Shown: positions 58,476 to 64,000 of the stretch, piece by piece
How the letters are laid out: every line of letters begins with the position of its first letter
How positions within the stretch are numbered: the stretch's first letter is position 1
Assembly: GCA_054600435.1 (NCBI GenBank)
Contig: BAAIJX010000011.1
Span: 124,001-188,000, forward strand
DNA: 64,000 nt
Reading direction: 5' to 3'
From: Neophaeotheca triangularis
Lineage: Eukaryota
Position numbers and translations under genes: made by a program
Notes under the pieces: generated by a model
The model's input: only the letters and a program-made list of their open reading frames with translations
Told to the model about the DNA's origin: nothing
Database searches by the model: none

Positions 58476-60062
58476 ATGCGCTTCCTGAAATCAGCCTTTG
58501 CAGGCCTTCTTGCATTGGCCTCTGCCGACACAAATCCAAACGGAACCCGCGAGTCCAGACAAGTGCTTCCCTCGACCTTTACACCTCCCAAACACTTCGA
58601 GGTCCAGAACCTGGTGCGGAACATCAACCTGGAAAAGAGCTTCCCTCGTGAGACAGTCAATGCCGTGATTGAGAATGTCGACTCGCAGCCGCAATCAGAA
58701 TACTATGTCCCATTCGAGCAAGGAACACTAGGTCGCGTTGGGGGGTTCGAGGCTCGCAATAAGAAGGACACAGAGGCGGCGCCTTTTGCTGCTGAGATTG
58801 TCGAAATCGACCCGTACAGGTATGTTGGTTGATCTGTAAGGAGATGCGAGCTGTACTGACGCTGTCGTGTAGTCTTACGGAATACTACAAGATAACGTTT
58901 CCCTCTCCTCTAGCGCCCAAAGAGCAGCTCACCCTCTCGCTTTCCTATGTCGTGCTATCCGCCCTGCACCCACAACCGGCACAGATCGAGCAGAACGACA
59001 AGCAATACGTCCGCTACCCTTTCTCCGCATACGCATCGACCGCGTACACCACCCACAAGCAAAAGACCAAGCTGAAATTTCCCACGAGTGACATCCCAGA
59101 CCACACCACCATCCCGAAAGCTTTGATTGTTGACGGTTCCGAGGACGGTCCAGAGAAGCAGGGCACCACTTTCACTTACGGCCCGTTCGGCAAGGTCGAA
59201 GCCGGAGCCGTACAAGAGGCGAGCGTCCGATATGAGTTCACCAAGCCGCTGACACACGCCACGCTGCTGGAGCGCGACGTCGAGGTCTCGCACTGGGGAG
59301 GCAACGTGGCCACTGAAGAGCGCCACTGGCTCACCAACCGCGCCGCAACCCTGAAGCACCAATTTTCCCGCGTCGAGTACCAAAAATCCGCCTACTTCAA
59401 CCCCCCGAGCAGCGCTCTCAAGGAAATGCGCTTCCCGCTGGTCCCCGGCAGCGTTGACCCGTACTTCGTCGACGACATCGGCAACGTGAGCACCAGCCGC
59501 TTCCGCAGTAACGCGCGCGAGGCGAACCTGGAGCTCAAGCCACGCTACCCCATGTTCGGGGGCTGGAACTACAGTTTCAAAGTCGGCTGGAACGGCGAGC
59601 TAAAGTCGTTCTTGCGCAAGACGGGCAAAGGCGACGGCTACGTGCTCAAAGTGCCTTTTATGGAAGGTCCCAAGCAGGCCGAGGGCATTTCCTACGAGCG
59701 CGTCGTCGTCCGCATCATCCTCCCCGAGGGCGCTACGTAAGATTACCCCTTACTGTACTCTCACATCATCCTCCATACTAACTGCTCATAGGAACCTCGA
59801 CTTCGCAACTACCGTACCATTGCTGTCCAATTCCACGGGCCTCCACAGCACTTTCATGGACACCCAAGGCCGCACCACACTCACCCTTACGGCCATGAAT
59901 GTCGTTGATGACATCAGGGACCGCGAGCTCGTCGTGACATACGACTACCCCTTCAGCGCCGGTTTCAAGAAACCTATCACAATTGTGGCGGCGGTCATGG
60001 GAGTTTTTTTCCTGAGCTGGGCCATTAGCAACTTGGACAATAGCATCGGGAGGAAGAGGTAG
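58476..60062 (+). CDS. OST1: Oligosaccharyltransferase subunit ribophorin I; introns 58820-58872 and 59737-59791
   Basis: Signal peptide, NLVRNINLEKS, LERDVEVSHWGGNV, DDIGNVSTSRFR, PRYPMFGGWNYSF, ILPEGA and a C-terminal transmembrane helix. Confidence 0.95.
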
Positions 60063-60365
60063 GTAGCGTTGTATGTAGACTGTTATTTGAAAGCACCAGG
60101 CGAAACATACAACACATCATCCAAACCCTATGCGTGCCAGTACTATGCTTCTCGCCACTCATTCACTTTCTAAAGATCCTTTCTCGTGGTGATCAAACGA
60201 TATTCAATATCCCACTTCTTCACCTAAACGTACAAAAACCCGCTGGAATTTCCCATACACCAAGAACATCCCACCTCCCGCAAACCGTCCAACACACAGC
60301 GCAATGCAACGCAGCCCCCGAACCCAAAAACCACTCCTTACCCTCATACCAAAAACGAAACCCCC

Positions 60366-63300
60366 TCAAACACTCCGACTATAACCCCCACCATAACCCC
60401 TGCCCCTCTTCCTCCTCTCCCACCACTTCCGCCCCTCATCCACCCAAAAGACCAAACTACCCATTGCCACCAGACCCACCAAATCCAAGAATCCAAGTGC
60501 CTCGGTTTGAAAAACCCTCTGCAACGGCGGCAAATAAACAACCGCCGCCTGGCCTAACAAACTCCCCGCCACGGCCAGATTGAACATGCGATTCCCGTCC
60601 GGACCTGTGAATTTGACCTCACCCAAGAGGATGGATTTGGAGGCCGAGCGGCAGGCGAGGGCGTTGAACATGTCGAAGAGGACGAATTGCGTGAAGGTTA
60701 GGGTGGTGTCGCGGTCGCTGACGGAGTGGAGAGCGAGGTCCGAGGAGGTGAGATTGGTGACGTAAGTGGACAGGGTGCCTAGGAGGATGATGGTGGCGGC
60801 TTGGAGCACGCGTTTGAGGAGTTGGGGCGTCAGAACGCGGGCGTTGCGGGAGCGGGGTGGGAGGGTTAGCAGGGCCGGGTCGACGGGCTCGACGCCAAGG
60901 GATTGCGCTGGTGGGCCATCCATCAGGATGTTGATCCAGAGGATCTGCATCGCGTTAAGTGGGTTGCGCCAGCCGCCTAGCGAGGAGAGCATTACGAGGC
61001 CCAGGGCCGCGGCCGAGGTGGACAGTTGGAAGGTGAGGAAGTTTTGCACGTTGTAGAAGATTCCTTTGCCTTCTTCGATGGCCGCAAGGATGGTGCCAAA
61101 GTCGTCGTCGGTGAGGATCATGTCGGCGGCTTCCTTGGCCACGTCGGTGCCGTGGAGGCCCATGGAGATGCCGATGTCGGCGGACTTGAGAGCTGGGGCG
61201 TCGTTGACCCCGTCGCCCGTCATGGCGACTACGTCGCCGCGGCTTTGGAGGGCGCGGACGATTTTCAGCTTGTGGTCTGGGCTTGTGCGGGCAAAGATGG
61301 AGACGCGGTCCATGGCTCGCGCGAGATCTTCGTCGGATAATTGGTCCAGTTGGTCGCCACGCAGGACGGGAGAGCCTAGCGCTGATGACATGTTGACGGG
61401 CATGCCGAGTTTCTTTGCTATGGCGACTGCGGTCGTCTCGGCGTCACCCGTTATCATCATAACCTTGACGCCGCCTGCCATTAGACGGCGAATGCTGCGG
61501 TCGACGCCCTTGCGGGGAGGGTCAGACATGCCCGTCAAACCGGCCAGGGTGAGGTTGTTGTATTTGCTTTCTTCTTTCTCGCTAGAGCGCTGCTGTGATT
61601 GGTCGGGTGTCGATGATAGGCCTGACTTGCTGCGTTGGGAAGAGGAAGACGACGAAACAGCGCCAGACGCGAATGCCAGCACGCGCAAACCCTCTTGCGC
61701 CATCTTCTCGGCGGCTCCGAGGACTTCCTGTTTCCGCTTCTCGTCCAGATCGACGGCCTCGCCTTGGGCTGTGAGGTAGAAACTACACCTGGTCAAGACC
61801 CTTTCCACAGCTCCCTTGACGTATGCAGTGTCTTCGCCGCCCTGACCGTCCATAACGCAGCCCATCCATTTCCTCTCGCTGGAGAAGGGGATCTCGGACT
61901 TTGGACTGCCGATGCGTTCCCTGACATCTGCTTCAGAGAAGGCATCTAGCAGATCCAACAAAGCGACATCGGTAGGTTGGCCGGACCAGCGGCTCTGCAA
62001 GTCACCTCCCGTGCTAGCCAATACCGCAGCGCTGGATGCGTTTGTACTGCTGTTGGATTGTTTCGACAGTCGTCCGTTGTTGGCAATGTTGGCCACTCTG
62101 ATGATGCCACGCGTAGTGGACGAATGCGCCTCTTCAGAGTAAACCTTGCTCGTCTCCTGAGGCTCGCTGTGTCCAAAAGACCAGAGCTTGGTGACAGTAA
62201 GATGGTTAGTAGTAAGCGTGCCTGTCTTGTCCGAACAAATCACGTTGACGCTCCCCAAAGTTTCAACGCTGGGTAGTCGGCGAACAATCGCATGCCGTTT
62301 GCTCATGCGCAAGACTCCCAAAGCAAGAGTAACCGTGACGATAATTGGTAGACCCTCGGGAATCGCGGCAACAGCCAGTGATACTCCTATCTGGAAGAGC
62401 TCAAGGAATTCCAGACCACGCCAAAGCCCAACAAGCATGATCAATCCAATGACGACAAAGGAGAAGTAGCTGAGATCTTTCCCAAGGCGATCCATAGACA
62501 GCTGCAACGGTGTTCTTGGCGACTCAATCTCCTGAAGCGACGCGCTGATAGCTCCGAACTCCGTATCCCCGCCAGTAGACACTACAATCCCCTGTCCATA
62601 ACCAGACCTCACCAAGGTGCCCATGAATGCAATGTTCGTTTGGTCGTTTAGCCTCAAGTCAGCCCCTCCGTACATTGGCGAAGTGTGTCCGTTCGCAAGC
62701 GTGGAGGGATCGACCGTATCCTTTGACTTATTCACAGGCTCGTTTTCTCCAGTCAAATTGCTTTCATCAATGCTCAAATCACTCGCGTGCGTAATCCTGA
62801 TATCCGCTGGTACTCTGTCTCCCGTGGAGAACAAGACCAGATCTCCAGTAACCAATTGTGACGCACCTACAGTGCTACTTGCTTTTTCCGCACTGTCGAA
62901 CCCTTCGACCCCGGGACCCTGCGCCTGTCCAGCAACCTCGTACTTTATGTCACGGCCTTTGCTGGATGGAGCACTGCTTCGAATCACGTGCGCAGTGTTG
63001 GCGACCAACTGATTGAGCGCTTCCAAGCTCTTCTCTGACCTGTATTCTTGCACAAAGGCCACGGTTACCACAATTGTAACGGCAACCGCTATACTGATGG
63101 CATCTGAGGAATTGCCCATGAGAGCGGAAATTGCTGCGCTGGCCAGCAGGAGGAGGATGAGTGTTTCCTTGAACTGCTTGACAAAGCGCAGCCATAGGGG
63201 CTCCGGCTCCTCCTTGGGAAGTTCATTGGGCCCTTGGGCGTGCAGGCGAGACTGTGCATCTGAAGGATGTAGACCGTGAGTCAGGGAGGTAGAATGCCGT

Positions 63301-63488
63301 TCTGCAACCTGCTCGGGGGATATTGTGGCGTGGGTGGATGTTATCGATTGCTGTCCAGGGACTTTGAGTCTGCTCTTTGCTCTCTTGTGGTGTTTGTCGT
63401 GGGGGGGTTCTGGACTCGGGGAGAGGTTGTATGAGTTCGAGGCGGGACCATTGTGGACTGGCAAGCCTGGCGACTTGGACCTTGACAT
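60366..63488 (-). CDS. PMR1: Golgi Ca2+/Mn2+ P-type ATPase (SPCA type)
   Basis: [74 protein letters not shown]. Confidence 0.97.
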   Translation of the reverse strand: MSRSKSPGLPVHNGPASNSYNLSPSPEPPHDKHHKRAKSRLKVPGQQSITSTHATISPEQVAERHSTSLTHGLHPSDAQSRLHAQGPNELPKEEPEPLWLRFVKQFKETLILLLLASAAISALMGNSSDAISIAVAVTIVVTVAFVQEYRSEKSLEALNQLVANTAHVIRSSAPSSKGRDIKYEVAGQAQGPGVEGFDSAEKASSTVGASQLVTGDLVLFSTGDRVPADIRITHASDLSIDESNLTGENEPVNKSKDTVDPSTLANGHTSPMYGGADLRLNDQTNIAFMGTLVRSGYGQGIVVSTGGDTEFGAISASLQEIESPRTPLQLSMDRLGKDLSYFSFVVIGLIMLVGLWRGLEFLELFQIGVSLAVAAIPEGLPIIVTVTLALGVLRMSKRHAIVRRLPSVETLGSVNVICSDKTGTLTTNHLTVTKLWSFGHSEPQETSKVYSEEAHSSTTRGIIRVANIANNGRLSKQSNSSTNASSAAVLASTGGDLQSRWSGQPTDVALLDLLDAFSEADVRERIGSPKSEIPFSSERKWMGCVMDGQGGEDTAYVKGAVERVLTRCSFYLTAQGEAVDLDEKRKQEVLGAAEKMAQEGLRVLAFASGAVSSSSSSQRSKSGLSSTPDQSQQRSSEKEESKYNNLTLAGLTGMSDPPRKGVDRSIRRLMAGGVKVMMITGDAETTAVAIAKKLGMPVNMSSALGSPVLRGDQLDQLSDEDLARAMDRVSIFARTSPDHKLKIVRALQSRGDVVAMTGDGVNDAPALKSADIGISMGLHGTDVAKEAADMILTDDDFGTILAAIEEGKGIFYNVQNFLTFQLSTSAAALGLVMLSSLGGWRNPLNAMQILWINILMDGPPAQSLGVEPVDPALLTLPPRSRNARVLTPQLLKRVLQAATIILLGTLSTYVTNLTSSDLALHSVSDRDTTLTFTQFVLFDMFNALACRSASKSILLGEVKFTGPDGNRMFNLAVAGSLLGQAAVVYLPPLQRVFQTEALGFLDLVGLVAMGSLVFWVDEGRKWWERRKRGRGYGGGYSRSV

Positions 63489-64000
63489 GTTTTCGCGGCC
63501 ATCAATCGATCAGTCAGTCCATGGACGGGCTCCGACTCGTGTCAGTCCGGACGAGGAGAGGGGGGGGGGCAAGATCGGTGGGTTCGAGAAGGGCGGGATT
63601 GGTCTGGTGGAGGTGTCGGATGCTGTTATATCATTATAGGCGGTGGAGTGGTGGAAGAAGTACAGGAGAGTGCCGAGCACGTGAAACGGGGGTGCCTCCT
63701 TTGCAGCAGAGGCGAAGCTGTTATTATTCTCCTTCCAGACGTCTCAACGTCGAGGCGCTTGGAAGTGTTTCAAAGGGGCACGTCGCGAGACAGTCTGCGA
63801 GCCGTGGCGGCCTGACTTTCAAGGCATGCATAGATCTTACGGTACCTACCTATCTAGGTAAGGTGTCGTCGATGGATGGAGAACCGACGGGAGGCTCTGC
63901 ATTATTCTTGGCGCTTTCCTCAGCAGCTCCAGCCACCGCTTGACAACAACGCGCGACACTTCGGCCAGCACCGCGAGCCATCTCCATCCATCTTCGACGC

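Overview
Eukaryotic DNA from a filamentous ascomycete. Gene content, short GT-AG introns with CTRAC-type branch points and codon style suggest Pezizomycotina, possibly Dothideomycetes (inference). The window is gene-dense with about 25 mostly housekeeping genes and no transposon, rRNA, tRNA or CRISPR that I can support. Left to right: PptH-like metallophosphoesterase, PIG3-type quinone oxidoreductase, DUF6594-like membrane protein, hypothetical, ISU1, COG6, NCS1/frequenin, BLI-3, hypothetical, ADE2, RPL18, UGGT, secreted cell-wall protein, NSL1/Mis14, small hypothetical, LTE1, ISC1, BUB1, hypothetical, EMP47-like lectin, PHB2, fused pseudouridine glycosidase-kinase, OST1, PMR1. Best leads: (1) the 560-nt first intron of NCS1 is stop-free and in frame with exon 2 and has a frame-preserving alternative acceptor; (2) a 61-aa transmembrane micro-ORF ends only 70 nt upstream of EMP47; (3) an intron-containing homologue of the mycobacterial phosphopantetheine hydrolase PptH; (4) five perfect non-coding TACCTAGGTA palindromes; (5) a structured RPL18 intron. 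Family calls come from recalled motifs, not database searches, and exon boundaries were read by hand.
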